Shown one piece after another: positions 8,991 through 18,935 of a stretch of 64,000 nucleotides of DNA. The stretch lies in assembly GCA_035500495.1 (NCBI GenBank), contig DATJXC010000073.1, positions 4,841 to 68,840 of the forward strand, given 5' to 3'. This stretch comes from Gemmatimonadales bacterium (lineage in GTDB: Bacteria > Gemmatimonadota > Gemmatimonadetes > Gemmatimonadales > GWC2-71-9). The translations under genes were made by a program, and so were the position numbers. Below the pieces are notes generated by a model. The model was not told the origin of the DNA, ran no database searches, and saw only the letters and a list, made by a program, of their open reading frames with translations. Position 1 is the first letter of the stretch; the number at the start of each line of letters is the position of its first letter.

Positions 8991-9959
8991 GTGGACACCA
9001 CTCGCCAGGACTTCATCGTCGGCCTGCTGATCGTCACCGCCATCGCGGTCGTGGTGGGGGCGCTCCTCGCGACCAGCGGCTGGGGCGAGCGGCGCTACGA
9101 TCTCTACTTGCGCGCGGCGAACGCCGAAGGCCTGACCATCGACTCCCGAGTGCTGCTCCAGGGCCTGGAAGTGGGACGGGTGGTGAACGTCTCGCCGCGC
9201 GTGGATTCGATGACCCGGCACGTCTCGTTCATCGCCCGCCTCAAGGTCATCGAGCGATTCAGCGGCGGCGCGAACCTGCGCCTGCCGGTGGGGACATCGG
9301 CCCAGCTCGAGCAAGCCAACCAGCTCTCGCCCAACGTCCTCGTACGGCTGGTGCTCCCGGACACCGTGCGGCGGGGGGCGGGCAACGCCATGCTCGTCGC
9401 CGGCGACACCATCGACTCGGAGCGGAAGGCGCCGGTGTTGAACGAAGTGGCCGACGTCGCGACGCGCCTCTCGACGGAGGTGACCGACGTCCTCCACGCC
9501 GCGCACCAGACGCTGCTCGCCGTGCAGAGCACGCTGCGCCAGGCGAACACGACCATCGCCGACCTGCGCCCCGACGTGCGCCGGACCCTGGCCAACGTGG
9601 CCTCGACCATGGACCGGATCAATACCCTGGTGGCCCGCGTCGACCCGGGGCTCGCCGACACCGTGTCCCGGGCGGTCGTGCTCTCGACCCGCACCCTGGC
9701 CCGCCTCGACTCGCTGATCGCGAACGCGAACGCGATGACGGTGGAGAACCGCCAGGACATCCGCGGCACGATGCAGAACATCGACCATCTGACGCTGCAG
9801 CTCAATCACCTCGCCGAAGAAATGTCGCGGCGTCCCTATCGGTTTCTCACGGGCGTGAAGCCGCTCAGCTTCGACACCAATCCTCCTCCCGGGGCTTCGA
9901 CCGTCCACGCGGACTCGGTCCGCGCCTCGGCCGTGGCCAAAGACAGCACGCACCCGTGA
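8991..9959 (+). CDS. mlaD: MlaD/MCE-domain protein with long helical C-terminal tail
   Basis: N-terminal TM, A.GL...S.V..QGLEVG.V MCE motif, heptad-rich C-terminal half. Confidence 0.85.
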   Translation: MDTTRQDFIVGLLIVTAIAVVVGALLATSGWGERRYDLYLRAANAEGLTIDSRVLLQGLEVGRVVNVSPRVDSMTRHVSFIARLKVIERFSGGANLRLPVGTSAQLEQANQLSPNVLVRLVLPDTVRRGAGNAMLVAGDTIDSERKAPVLNEVADVATRLSTEVTDVLHAAHQTLLAVQSTLRQANTTIADLRPDVRRTLANVASTMDRINTLVARVDPGLADTVSRAVVLSTRTLARLDSLIANANAMTVENRQDIRGTMQNIDHLTLQLNHLAEEMSRRPYRFLTGVKPLSFDTNPPPGASTVHADSVRASAVAKDSTHP

Positions 9960-11896
9960 GCTACCTCCTGCTGCACCCGGAGACCTGGTCGCCCGGCACC
10001 CTGGCGCCCGCTCTCGCGTCGGCACGGGTCGAGACGCGCGTCGTGCGGAAACGCGAGGAGCTGGCTCCGGCCGATCACCCGACCGTCCTGTTGCTGGACG
10101 TGAGCGGACGGGCGCAGTTCCCGACGGAGCTGCTGCGGGCGTTCGTCGACGCGGGCGGCGCCATCGTCGCCCTGGCCCGGCCGGAGGAGTCAGACGTGCC
10201 CGACGACCTCCCCACCGAGCTGTTGACGGGGTTCATCCCGGCTAATGGCGGCACCCGGCAGCTGCTCGTGGCACTGCGCTCGGGGTACCGCGAGGCCGCC
10301 GCCCGTCAGGAGACGGCCCGGGCCCGCAATGAGGCCGCGCTCCGCAGTCGCGAGATCGGTGAGCTGACGCGCATCGGCGTCGCCCTCGGGACCGAGCGGG
10401 ACCTGGACACGCTGCTCGGTCTCATCCTGTCGCTGGCCCGCGACGTCACCCAATCGGATGCCGGCAGCCTCTACCTCGTGGAGCAACCCGAAGGGGGTAG
10501 CGGGAGCAAGCGCCTGAGCTTCCGGTTGGCCCAGAATCTCTCCAAACCTGACGTGCCGTTCGTCCAATTCACGATCCCGATGGACCGGACGAGCATCGCC
10601 GGGTACGCCGCGACGACGGGTGAGCCTCTCGTCCACGACGACGCGTATTTCCTGCCCCCCGATGTCGAGTACTCCATCAACCGGTCGTTCGACGAGCGCT
10701 ACGGGTATCGCACCAAGTCGATGCTGGTCATCCCGATGAAGGATCATAAGGACGACGTCATCGGCGTGCTGCAGCTGATCAACCGCAAGCGCGATACGCA
10801 AGCGATCCTCGCCACGCCGGCGGACGTCGACGCGCAGGTCGTGCCCTACTCGAAGCGCACGGTTGAGCTCGTTACGGCGCTCGCTGGCCAGGCGGGAGTG
10901 GCGATCGAGAACAGCAAGCTGTACGAGCAGATCGAGAAGATGTTCGAGAAGTTCGTGAACGCCGCCGTGCTCGCGATCGAGCAGCGCGACCCCACCACCT
11001 ACGGTCACAGCGGTCGCGTGGCGGGCTACACCGTCGGCCTGGCGCAAGTGGTGGACCGCGTTGCCGACGGCCCCCACCGCGGCACCAAGTTCACCAGGGA
11101 GCAGATCCGCGAGATCAAGTACGCGGGCCTGCTGCACGACTTCGGCAAAGTCGGCGTGCGGGAGCAGGTACTCGTCAAGGCCAAAAAGCTCTATCCGATG
11201 GACCTCACGGTGATCCGGCAGCGGCACGCGTTCGTGCGCCGCACCCTGGAGCGGGACTTCTGGCGCCAGCGGGCGGAGTTCCTCGAGGCGAAGGGTAAGG
11301 ATGGCTATGCCGCGTTCATCGGGCGCCTCGAGACGGACCAGCAACGCGAGCTGGCGGAGCTCGATCGCTTTCTCGAGATGGTGCTCCAGGCGAACGAGCC
11401 GAGCCTGTTGCCGGCCGAGCACGCGCAGGGTCTCACCGACTTCGCCCAGCGGACGTACGTGAATCTCGAAGGGGAGCCGCAGCCCCTCTTGAACCCCGAC
11501 GAGGTGCGGTTCCTGACGATTCCGAAGGGGAGTCTCGATGAATCCGAGCGACTCGAGATCGAGAGTCACGTCACCCACACTTTCAACTTCCTCCAGCAGA
11601 TTCCGTGGACCCCGGAGCTGGCGCATATCCCGTTGATCGCGTTCGGGCACCATGAAAAGCTGGACGGCAGCGGGTATCCCAAGCACAAGCGGGCGACCGA
11701 GATCCCGATTCAAACGCGGATGATGACGATCTCGGACATCTATGACGCCCTGACCGCCCAAGACCGCCCCTATAAGCGGGCCGTCCCGCCCACCCGGGCC
11801 CTCGACATCATGTCCTCTGAAGTGCAGCGCGGGCAGCTCGATGCCGACCTGTTCAAGGTCTTCGTCGACGCCAGGGTCTTCGAGGCGCCCGCCTAG
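9956..11896 (+). CDS. GAF + HD-GYP cyclic dinucleotide phosphodiesterase with degenerate REC-like N-terminus
   Basis: GAF (SIAGY, KSMLVIPM, GVLQLIN); EQRDPTTYGHS, LLHDFGK, HHEKLDGSGYP, DIYDALT..DRPYK; helical insertion splits the HD domain. Confidence 0.9.
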   Translation: MSYLLLHPETWSPGTLAPALASARVETRVVRKREELAPADHPTVLLLDVSGRAQFPTELLRAFVDAGGAIVALARPEESDVPDDLPTELLTGFIPANGGTRQLLVALRSGYREAAARQETARARNEAALRSREIGELTRIGVALGTERDLDTLLGLILSLARDVTQSDAGSLYLVEQPEGGSGSKRLSFRLAQNLSKPDVPFVQFTIPMDRTSIAGYAATTGEPLVHDDAYFLPPDVEYSINRSFDERYGYRTKSMLVIPMKDHKDDVIGVLQLINRKRDTQAILATPADVDAQVVPYSKRTVELVTALAGQAGVAIENSKLYEQIEKMFEKFVNAAVLAIEQRDPTTYGHSGRVAGYTVGLAQVVDRVADGPHRGTKFTREQIREIKYAGLLHDFGKVGVREQVLVKAKKLYPMDLTVIRQRHAFVRRTLERDFWRQRAEFLEAKGKDGYAAFIGRLETDQQRELAELDRFLEMVLQANEPSLLPAEHAQGLTDFAQRTYVNLEGEPQPLLNPDEVRFLTIPKGSLDESERLEIESHVTHTFNFLQQIPWTPELAHIPLIAFGHHEKLDGSGYPKHKRATEIPIQTRMMTISDIYDALTAQDRPYKRAVPPTRALDIMSSEVQRGQLDADLFKVFVDARVFEAPA

Positions 11897-11910
11897 CGCC
11901 CGCGCGACCC

Positions 11911-13788
11911 ATGAACCGCCGCGACTTCGTCCTGAGTACCGCTGCGCTGGCCACCCTGCCCCGCTGGCTGCGGCTCGCCCCGTCTGCCGGTCCGCTCCGC
12001 GTCCGACCGTTCGACCTGCGATCGGTGCGACTGCGCCCCGGGCCGTTCCTCGATGCGCTCCAGGTGAATCGCCGCTTTCTGATGGGGCTCGATCCAGACC
12101 GGCTGCTGCACATGTTCCGTCTCACCGCCGGGCTCCCTTCCACCGCCGAGCCACTGGGCGGGTGGGAGGCACCGGACAACGAGCTGCGCGGGCACTTTAC
12201 GGGACACTATCTCTCGGCCGGCGCCCTCCTGTCCGCCAGCCTGGACGATCCCGAGGTTCGCGCGCGAGTCGACCTGATGGTGGCCGAGCTCGCCAAGTGC
12301 CAGCAGGCGCTCGGCACGGGATACCTCTCCGCCTTCCCGGAAGAGCTGTTCGACCGGTTGCGGGACGGGAGGCCGGTGTGGGCTCCTTTCTATACGCTCC
12401 ACAAGATTCTCGCCGGGCTACTGGACGCCCACACCATCGGCGGCAACGTCCAGGCCTTGGACGTCGCGACTCGGCTCGCGCGCTGGACGGCGCGCTGGGT
12501 GCAGCCGCTGGGTGACGCGGCCATGGCGCGGGTCCTGGAGCGCGAATTCGGCGGGATGAACGAGGCGCTTTACAATCTGGCCGCCATCACCGGTGAGCCG
12601 GCGTGGCGCGATCTGGCGCACCGCTTCGACCACGAGCGCATCTTCGGCCCCTTGGCAGACGGGCGCGATGAGCTGAAGGGCCTGCACGTCAATACCACGA
12701 TCCCGAAGATCATCGGCGCGGCCCGACGCTACGAGGTGACGGGCGACGAGCGGGCCCGGCGCGTGGCGGAGTACTTCTGGCGCGAAGTCACTACCCGGCG
12801 GGCCTTCTGCACCGGGGGGACGAGCAACGGCGAAAGTTGGAACGCCGACCCCGGGATCATCGCCGGCGAGCTTTCGGCCTACACCCAGGAATGCTGCACC
12901 AGCTACAACATGCTGAAGCTCACCCGCCACCTGCTGCAATGGACCACGGACCCCAGAGTGGCGGACTACTACGAGCGCCTGCTCTGGAACGGCGTGCTGG
13001 GCGCGCAGCACCCGGCAGATGGGTCGAAGCTCTACTACGTCCCGCTGGCGAGCGGGTACTGGAAGCTGTTCGGCACTCCGCTGCACGACTTCTGGTGCTG
13101 CACCGGGACCGGGAGCGAGTCGTTCGCGAAGTTCGGCGACAGCATCTACTTCCACGATGCTGGCGGGCTGTACGTCAACCAGTTCATCGCGTCGGAGCTC
13201 GATTGGGCGGACCGGGGAGTGCGCCTGATTCAGGACACCCGGTTTCCGGAAGTCGGGAGCACGACCATCACTGTGCGCACCTCGCGATCGGTCCGCTTCG
13301 CCTTGCGCTTGCGGATCCCCGAGTGGGCGGGCGACGGAGGGTCGGCGGCCCTGAATGGCCGCACCCTCGAAGGATTCGCGGCCTCGGGGAGCTACTTCGT
13401 GCTCACGCGTAGCTGGAAGGACGGGGACCGGGTGGAGTTGACCCTGCCGCTGACTCTTCAGGTCGAGCCGACACCTGACGATCCCTCGCTCCAAGCCGTG
13501 ACCTACGGCCCGCTCGTTCTGATCGGCCGCCTGGGCGCCGCCGGGCTGACGCCCGAGCACCTGCGCGCGGAGCCGACCAAACCGCGCACCGTCCCCGAAT
13601 TCAAGCTCGAGCCCGTCGCCGCTCCCGCGCTCCGCATGCCCGCGCAAGGCGTCACCGCCCTCATCCAGGCCGTCCCGGAACGACCGCTGGAGTTCCGGAC
13701 CGTGGGGCAGAGCCAGGACGTGACCCTCGTTCCCTTCTACCGGCTGTTCGACGAGCGGTACGCGGTCTACTGGAAGGTCGTTACCTAG
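11911..13788 (+). CDS. Tat-exported GH127/GH146 beta-L-arabinofuranosidase-like glycoside hydrolase (DUF1680)
   Basis: MNRRDFV Tat motif; GHFTGHYLSA, E.GGMNE, QECCTSYNMLK, FWCCTGTG.E. Confidence 0.88.
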   Translation: MNRRDFVLSTAALATLPRWLRLAPSAGPLRVRPFDLRSVRLRPGPFLDALQVNRRFLMGLDPDRLLHMFRLTAGLPSTAEPLGGWEAPDNELRGHFTGHYLSAGALLSASLDDPEVRARVDLMVAELAKCQQALGTGYLSAFPEELFDRLRDGRPVWAPFYTLHKILAGLLDAHTIGGNVQALDVATRLARWTARWVQPLGDAAMARVLEREFGGMNEALYNLAAITGEPAWRDLAHRFDHERIFGPLADGRDELKGLHVNTTIPKIIGAARRYEVTGDERARRVAEYFWREVTTRRAFCTGGTSNGESWNADPGIIAGELSAYTQECCTSYNMLKLTRHLLQWTTDPRVADYYERLLWNGVLGAQHPADGSKLYYVPLASGYWKLFGTPLHDFWCCTGTGSESFAKFGDSIYFHDAGGLYVNQFIASELDWADRGVRLIQDTRFPEVGSTTITVRTSRSVRFALRLRIPEWAGDGGSAALNGRTLEGFAASGSYFVLTRSWKDGDRVELTLPLTLQVEPTPDDPSLQAVTYGPLVLIGRLGAAGLTPEHLRAEPTKPRTVPEFKLEPVAAPALRMPAQGVTALIQAVPERPLEFRTVGQSQDVTLVPFYRLFDERYAVYWKVVT

Positions 13789-14417
13789 GGCCAGAAGCGG
13801 TCGGCGAGCGCGGCGGTGCGATCGTCGCGCGGCACCGTTTCACCGGCGAGCGTGGCGATCTCGATTATCCCCCGTACGGCATTGGTCCCGAACAGGCTGC
13901 GGCCACGCAGCTCCGCGGGCCCCACCACCCGCTCCGTCACCTCCACCAGCTCCTTCACCCGCTCGCGGGCGACCCCCGGCAAGATGCCGAGGCTGAGCGG
14001 CGGGGTGACGAGGCCGCGGTCTTCCCACCAGAACAGATTCCACACCGTTCCCTCGGCCACCGCTCCGCCGACCGTGATGAGCAAGGCGTCATCGGCGCCG
14101 GCCGCTCGAGCTTCGGCAAAGGCGGCGTCGAACACGGCCCGAGCGGTGGTTTTCCGTGGATAGGGGGCGTGGGGGGTCGAGGCGAGGCTGAGTCGAAGCG
14201 CACCGGCGACCGGCACAGGACGCGTCGAGGTGGTCGATCCACCTGGCCCGACCTCAACGCGGACTACGGCCTCGCCGAGAGTCAGGTGCGGAGCGACGAG
14301 GTCGGTCAGACCAGGTTGGTGAACCCCGGCGCGCCGCAGTCTCGCCTCATGACGCGCCAGAAGCGGCGTTTGGCCCTCGCGCACGCGGATCGTCTCGAGG
14401 AGCGTCTCATGGGTCAT
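13785..14417 (-). CDS. pabC: Class IV aminotransferase / 4-amino-4-deoxychorismate lyase
   Basis: ETIRV..G, H.ARL, KTT (PLP Lys), AEGT.WN, GILPGV.R, TNAVRG; start ATG 14417 overlaps pabB stop (ATGA). Confidence 0.75.
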   Translation of the reverse strand: MTHETLLETIRVREGQTPLLARHEARLRRAGVHQPGLTDLVAPHLTLGEAVVRVEVGPGGSTTSTRPVPVAGALRLSLASTPHAPYPRKTTARAVFDAAFAEARAAGADDALLITVGGAVAEGTVWNLFWWEDRGLVTPPLSLGILPGVARERVKELVEVTERVVGPAELRGRSLFGTNAVRGIIEIATLAGETVPRDDRTAALADRFWP

Positions 14418-15688
14418 CGCTCGGCGTCGCCGTCGTCCGCCCCGAACGCGGCCCGCACTGCGGCAGCCTTGCGGAGGCTCTCCCGCCATTCCCGTTGGGG
14501 GATCGAATCGGCAACGATCCCGGCCCCCGCCTGGATCGCGACCTCCTCACCGGACACCACGGCGCTGCGAATCACGATGTTGAGCTGTAGCGCGTCAGGT
14601 TCGATCCATCCCAGCGCCCCGGTATACGCCCCGCGCGCCACCGGCTCCACCTCATGGATGATTTCCATCGCACGGATCTTGGGACACCCCGTGATCGTTC
14701 CCCCCGGGAAATAGCTCGCGATCACATCGGCGGCCTCGAGCTCGGGACGCAGCGCGCCCCGAACCTCCGACACCAGGTGAAATACGTGGGAGTACTCCTC
14801 CACCACTTCGCGTTCGGCCACGAGGACGCTGCCGTACCGGGCGACCCGCCCCGTGTCGTTGCGGGCCAGATCGAGGAGCATCACGTGTTCCGCCCGTTCC
14901 TTGGCGTCCAATCGTAGCTCGGCCCGCATTCGCGCATCGCGCTCCGCGTCTCCCGTCTTCTTGCGGGTGCCGGCGATCGGACGGGTGCGGAGACGCCCGC
15001 CCGGTTCCTCGGGCCCGCCGTTCCCCGCTGCTCGCGATAGCTCGACCAGAAGCTCCGGCGAGCCGCACACGAGCTGCCAGTCCCCGAAGTCCGCGTACCC
15101 CATCCAGGGAGAGGGATTGAGCGCGCGGAGTCGCCGGTAGGCGTCCCAGGGACGGCCCACGAGGGGCCACCGCTCGGCCACCGACAAGTTGACCTGGTAG
15201 ATGTCGCCGGCGACGATGTACTCGCGCGCCCGTTCCACGGCGGTGGCGAATCCGTCGGCGTCGAACGATCGCCACGGCCTGCCCCGCGCAGTGGTATCCG
15301 GGAAGACCGGCACGACGATCGATCCCGGGGTCATGCTCAGCGCGGCGCGCCAACGATCCTCCGCTTCAGGCCCCTCGCACAGCGGGGCGCCTGCGCCCGG
15401 GCGAAGGACGATGCGATTCGCCGGCTCAAATAGGTCGCACAGCGGTTGCGCCACGGTGGGTATGGCGGGGCGTAACGTGCCCGGGAGCCCCTGCTCGTAG
15501 GCGATCGTGCCGTACCAGCGACCGGCGGGAAGGCCGATGGGAAGCGGGACGAGGTCGTCCCAATGACGCCGCAGGCGGCGCCGCGCCCCCCAGGCGAGGT
15601 GGGTGGTGCCGCTCGCGCGCCCGTCCTCGAGCAGCACGAACGGCGGCTCGAGCGTGGCGGCAAGAGCGAGCAACCGGTCGAGGCTCAA
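14414..15688 (-). CDS. pabB: Aminodeoxychorismate/anthranilate synthase component I
   Basis: GDIYQVNLS, NPSPW, GSPE, TRPIAGT, KERAEHVMLLDLARND, FPGGTITGCPKIRAMEII, AGAGIV; adjacency to pabC favours PabB over TrpE. Confidence 0.85.
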   Translation of the reverse strand: MSLDRLLALAATLEPPFVLLEDGRASGTTHLAWGARRRLRRHWDDLVPLPIGLPAGRWYGTIAYEQGLPGTLRPAIPTVAQPLCDLFEPANRIVLRPGAGAPLCEGPEAEDRWRAALSMTPGSIVVPVFPDTTARGRPWRSFDADGFATAVERAREYIVAGDIYQVNLSVAERWPLVGRPWDAYRRLRALNPSPWMGYADFGDWQLVCGSPELLVELSRAAGNGGPEEPGGRLRTRPIAGTRKKTGDAERDARMRAELRLDAKERAEHVMLLDLARNDTGRVARYGSVLVAEREVVEEYSHVFHLVSEVRGALRPELEAADVIASYFPGGTITGCPKIRAMEIIHEVEPVARGAYTGALGWIEPDALQLNIVIRSAVVSGEEVAIQAGAGIVADSIPQREWRESLRKAAAVRAAFGADDGDAER

Positions 15689-15706
15689 TCGGAGATCGCG
15701 GACACC

Positions 15707-16192
15707 TTAGAGGTAGCGGCCGATCGCCATGGCGGCCGCGGTAATCGTGAGCAGGACGGCGACGATCTGTCCCGTGCGGGTCGAGCGGAGCCGCAACACC
15801 TGGGCCTCCGAGGCTCGCGCGGGGTCGGCGCCGATCAGCATCAGGCGCTTCATCGTCGGCCGCATGACCAGGATCCCCATGCCGAACGCCAGCAGGGCGG
15901 CGGCAGCGCCCACACTGTACGCCGTCCCGGAGCGGGAACGCATCCATTCGCCCGTGAAGCCGTTCGACATGATGGCCATCAGACGGAGCCCCGAGAGGAT
16001 CGTCACCAGAGCGACGACCGGCATGATCTGGAGTAAGCGCCTGGCCGCGAGCTGTTGCATCACCGGCGCCCCCGCCGGTCCAGCCGCCCGCAGGCTCGGC
16101 TCCAAGAACACCGCCATGAACACCAGCGACCCAGCCCAAAACACGCCCAGCAGGATGTGCACCAATCGCAGGGCGATCAACTCCGTATGCAT
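15707..16192 (-). CDS. Four-TM membrane protein (CopD/DUF2269-like)
   Basis: Four hydrophobic segments, LVHILLGVFWAG at the N-terminus, GGAGG RBS. Confidence 0.6.
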   Translation of the reverse strand: MHTELIALRLVHILLGVFWAGSLVFMAVFLEPSLRAAGPAGAPVMQQLAARRLLQIMPVVALVTILSGLRLMAIMSNGFTGEWMRSRSGTAYSVGAAAALLAFGMGILVMRPTMKRLMLIGADPARASEAQVLRLRSTRTGQIVAVLLTITAAAMAIGRYL

Positions 16193-16234
16193 GCGGCCTC
16201 CGGGAAGGAAAGCGCTCGAGTTCGGGGAGTGAAG

Positions 16235-16669
16235 CTAGGTCCCACGCTCCGGTTCGGCTATCGAGAAGTGATCGTGCAGCGATGGGTCGATCCTCCGGGG
16301 CCGGCCCGACGTGGCGTCGATCGGGCACCAGATGCTGCGGGCGCTGGCGAGCAGCTGGCGGTCACTCGCCCGCAGGATCTCGGTCACGCGCTCGAAGCGG
16401 GTTCCAGTGGCCTCACCGACCCAGGTGCAGGCGATCACCTGTTCCCCAGGCATCGCCGGGCGATGATAGTCGATCTCGTGGCGCAACACGACCCACACGA
16501 GGCTGCGCTGCAAATCGGGCGGAGCCGCGCTGCGCCAGTGGGCCCCGGCGATGTCCTGCACCCACCGCAGGTACACCACGTTGTTGACGTGACCGAGTAC
16601 GTCGATGTCCCCCGGCTCGACAGGGTAGCGCTCTTCGAACCGCACGGGGCGGCGCGACGGCGTCGTCAC
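16235..16669 (-). CDS. Acyl-CoA thioesterase (4HBT/YbgC hotdog fold)
   Basis: DIDVLGHVNNVVY motif; start placed at GTG 16669. Confidence 0.88.
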   Translation of the reverse strand: MTTPSRRPVRFEERYPVEPGDIDVLGHVNNVVYLRWVQDIAGAHWRSAAPPDLQRSLVWVVLRHEIDYHRPAMPGEQVIACTWVGEATGTRFERVTEILRASDRQLLASARSIWCPIDATSGRPRRIDPSLHDHFSIAEPERGT

Positions 16670-16784
16670 CGCAGCGTGACCGAGTTGAGCCCGGAGACCG
16701 GGGGCCCTTGGCTGCTTCCCGCGCAGCCGGCGAGCCAAGCGGTGGCGAACAGGATGCAGCGTCGTCCCCGCCGGCCCGGCCCGG

Positions 16785-18926
16785 TCAACCGGTGCTCGCG
16801 CCGGCGGCCCGCGAGGGTGCGGCCCCCATCCGCTCCTGCACTTTGGTCAGCAGGTCATCCAAGGCGAACGGTTTGGCCAGGATCTCGAACCCGGCATCGG
16901 GCGGCAGGTTCTTGAGCACCGGATCGTCCATGTACCCCGACATCAGCAGGACGGGGAGATCGATGCCCGCCGTGCGGACCCGTCGGACCAGCTCGACGCC
17001 GTTCACCCCCGGCATCGCGACGTCGCTCAGGAGGAAATCGACGGCGACCCGGCCTGCTTCCAGCACCTGCAGCGCGGTGGCGCCGTCCGGTGTCTCGATG
17101 ACCTCGTAGCCCCCGGCCTCCAGATGACGGCGGATCGCTCGGCGGGTCATCTCGTCGTCCTCAACGAGCAGGATTCTCCCGGTCCCGGTCGGCTGCCTCG
17201 TTTCCTTCAGCCCGCCCGCGGCCGCGGCCGCCGAGGGTCGCTCGCCCTCGGTTCGCGCCGTCGGCCAGAGCACCGTGAAGGTGGTCCCCCGCCCTGGAGC
17301 CGTATCCACCTCGATCCGTCCCCCCGCCTGGCTCACGATCCCGTGGACGGTGGACAAACCCAGTCCCGTACCTTTGTCTCGCGGTTTGGTGGTGAAGAAA
17401 GGCTCGAAGATGCGCGACCGGGTCTGCTCGTCCATCCCCGTCCCCGTATCGCGCACGCGCAGGGCCACCTGACCGAACGGGACCCCTACCGCTCCGGTTG
17501 TCCCCGATTCTCCCGCCACGACCTCGAGGGTCACCACCCCGCCGTCGGGGGTGGCATCGCGCGCATTCGCGACGAGGTTCAACAGCACCTGCTCGACCTG
17601 TCCGGTATCGGCGACGATCATGCCGGGGTCGCGGATCTCCACGCGTAAGGTCAAGGCCGCACCGGTCAACTTCCGCATCAAGGGCTCGAGATCAGCTACC
17701 ACTTCCCCGAGATTGATCGGCCGCGGTTGGGCGACTTCCCGGCGGGCGAAGGCGAGGAGGTGCCGCGTGAGGGCGGCCCCCCGCTGCTGCGCTCCCATGA
17801 TCTCCTCCGCGAGCGTCAACACCTCCGAGTCCATGGTGATGCGTTTCATGAACTGGGCGCCGCCGCCGATCACGGTCAGCAGGTTGTTGAAGTCATGAGC
17901 GACCCCGCCCGCGAGCCGCCCGACCGCCTCCATCTTCTGAGACTCCTGGAGCTGCTGCTGCAGCCGACGCTGCTCCGCCTCGGCGGCGCGACGGGCCGTC
18001 ACGTCGCGCAGCACCACCATGGTCCCGATGCTCCCATCGGTCCGCACGGTGCGGCGGGCTGTCACGTCGCAGCTGACGATGCGGCCGGGGCGGGGATGGA
18101 GCGTCACCGGGAAGCTGGAGTCCTCCCCGCGCTCGAGCCGCGCGGCGAGCGACCCGCTTTCACTGCCGACGGCCTCTCGCAAGATGTCTCCCAGCGAACG
18201 CCCGGCGACCTGCTTGACATCGCTGTTCAATAGCGCCGCCGCCGCCGGATTCATCGCCTCCACCCGACCCGCGGCGTCCACCGAGATCACTCCGTCCGGG
18301 GCCGCTCGGAACAGGTCGGCAAACCGGCGTTCGTTTTCGCGGGACTGCAGCAATACGGCGTTGAAACTGTCGAGGAACAGCGCGATCAGGATCGCCATCG
18401 CCACGATCGCGAGGTCGAGCACGGTCATGGTGAACACGTCGGTTCCGGTGACATGGGCTCCGTGCACCCAGCGATTCCCCGCGATGGCGAGGGGGCCGGC
18501 CACGCCCATCACGCCGGCCGCGATCAGCCCGATCCGCCCCCCCAGCAACAGGCCGGCACCCGCCACCAGCAGGGGAAACGCAGGCAGCGAAATCCATTGT
18601 CCCGAATTGGGCGTCAGCACCAGCGACAGGTTCATCTCGGCGGACACGGCCACGAGGGTGAGGGCGATGGCCGGGACCACCCAGCCGAGCTGGAAAAGCA
18701 GCAGCGCTATGGCGCAGGCGAGGAACGCGCCAAGGTCGGTGAACAGGTAGGGAAAGTGCTCGGCGCCGGTGAACCAGCCGATGACGAACGACACGCCATA
18801 CCCGGCCGTACCCATCAAGATGCTGACCCGTACCCAGCGCGAGTGGTGCTCGGTGGCGACCAGCCGCAGGCGCTGCAGCGACAACGGGCGTGGGGTCGGG
18901 GAAGCGGGGGGAACCGCGGGGAACAT
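16785..18926 (-). CDS. Membrane hybrid sensor histidine kinase (TM-PAS-HisKA-HATPase-REC)
   Basis: 5-6 TM helices, PAS, AHDFNNLL, DTGTGM, FEPFFTTK, GTGLGL, REC with SDVAMP and KPF. Confidence 0.93.
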   Translation of the reverse strand: MFPAVPPASPTPRPLSLQRLRLVATEHHSRWVRVSILMGTAGYGVSFVIGWFTGAEHFPYLFTDLGAFLACAIALLLFQLGWVVPAIALTLVAVSAEMNLSLVLTPNSGQWISLPAFPLLVAGAGLLLGGRIGLIAAGVMGVAGPLAIAGNRWVHGAHVTGTDVFTMTVLDLAIVAMAILIALFLDSFNAVLLQSRENERRFADLFRAAPDGVISVDAAGRVEAMNPAAAALLNSDVKQVAGRSLGDILREAVGSESGSLAARLERGEDSSFPVTLHPRPGRIVSCDVTARRTVRTDGSIGTMVVLRDVTARRAAEAEQRRLQQQLQESQKMEAVGRLAGGVAHDFNNLLTVIGGGAQFMKRITMDSEVLTLAEEIMGAQQRGAALTRHLLAFARREVAQPRPINLGEVVADLEPLMRKLTGAALTLRVEIRDPGMIVADTGQVEQVLLNLVANARDATPDGGVVTLEVVAGESGTTGAVGVPFGQVALRVRDTGTGMDEQTRSRIFEPFFTTKPRDKGTGLGLSTVHGIVSQAGGRIEVDTAPGRGTTFTVLWPTARTEGERPSAAAAAGGLKETRQPTGTGRILLVEDDEMTRRAIRRHLEAGGYEVIETPDGATALQVLEAGRVAVDFLLSDVAMPGVNGVELVRRVRTAGIDLPVLLMSGYMDDPVLKNLPPDAGFEILAKPFALDDLLTKVQERMGAAPSRAAGASTG

Positions 18927-18935
18927 GGGTGTAAC

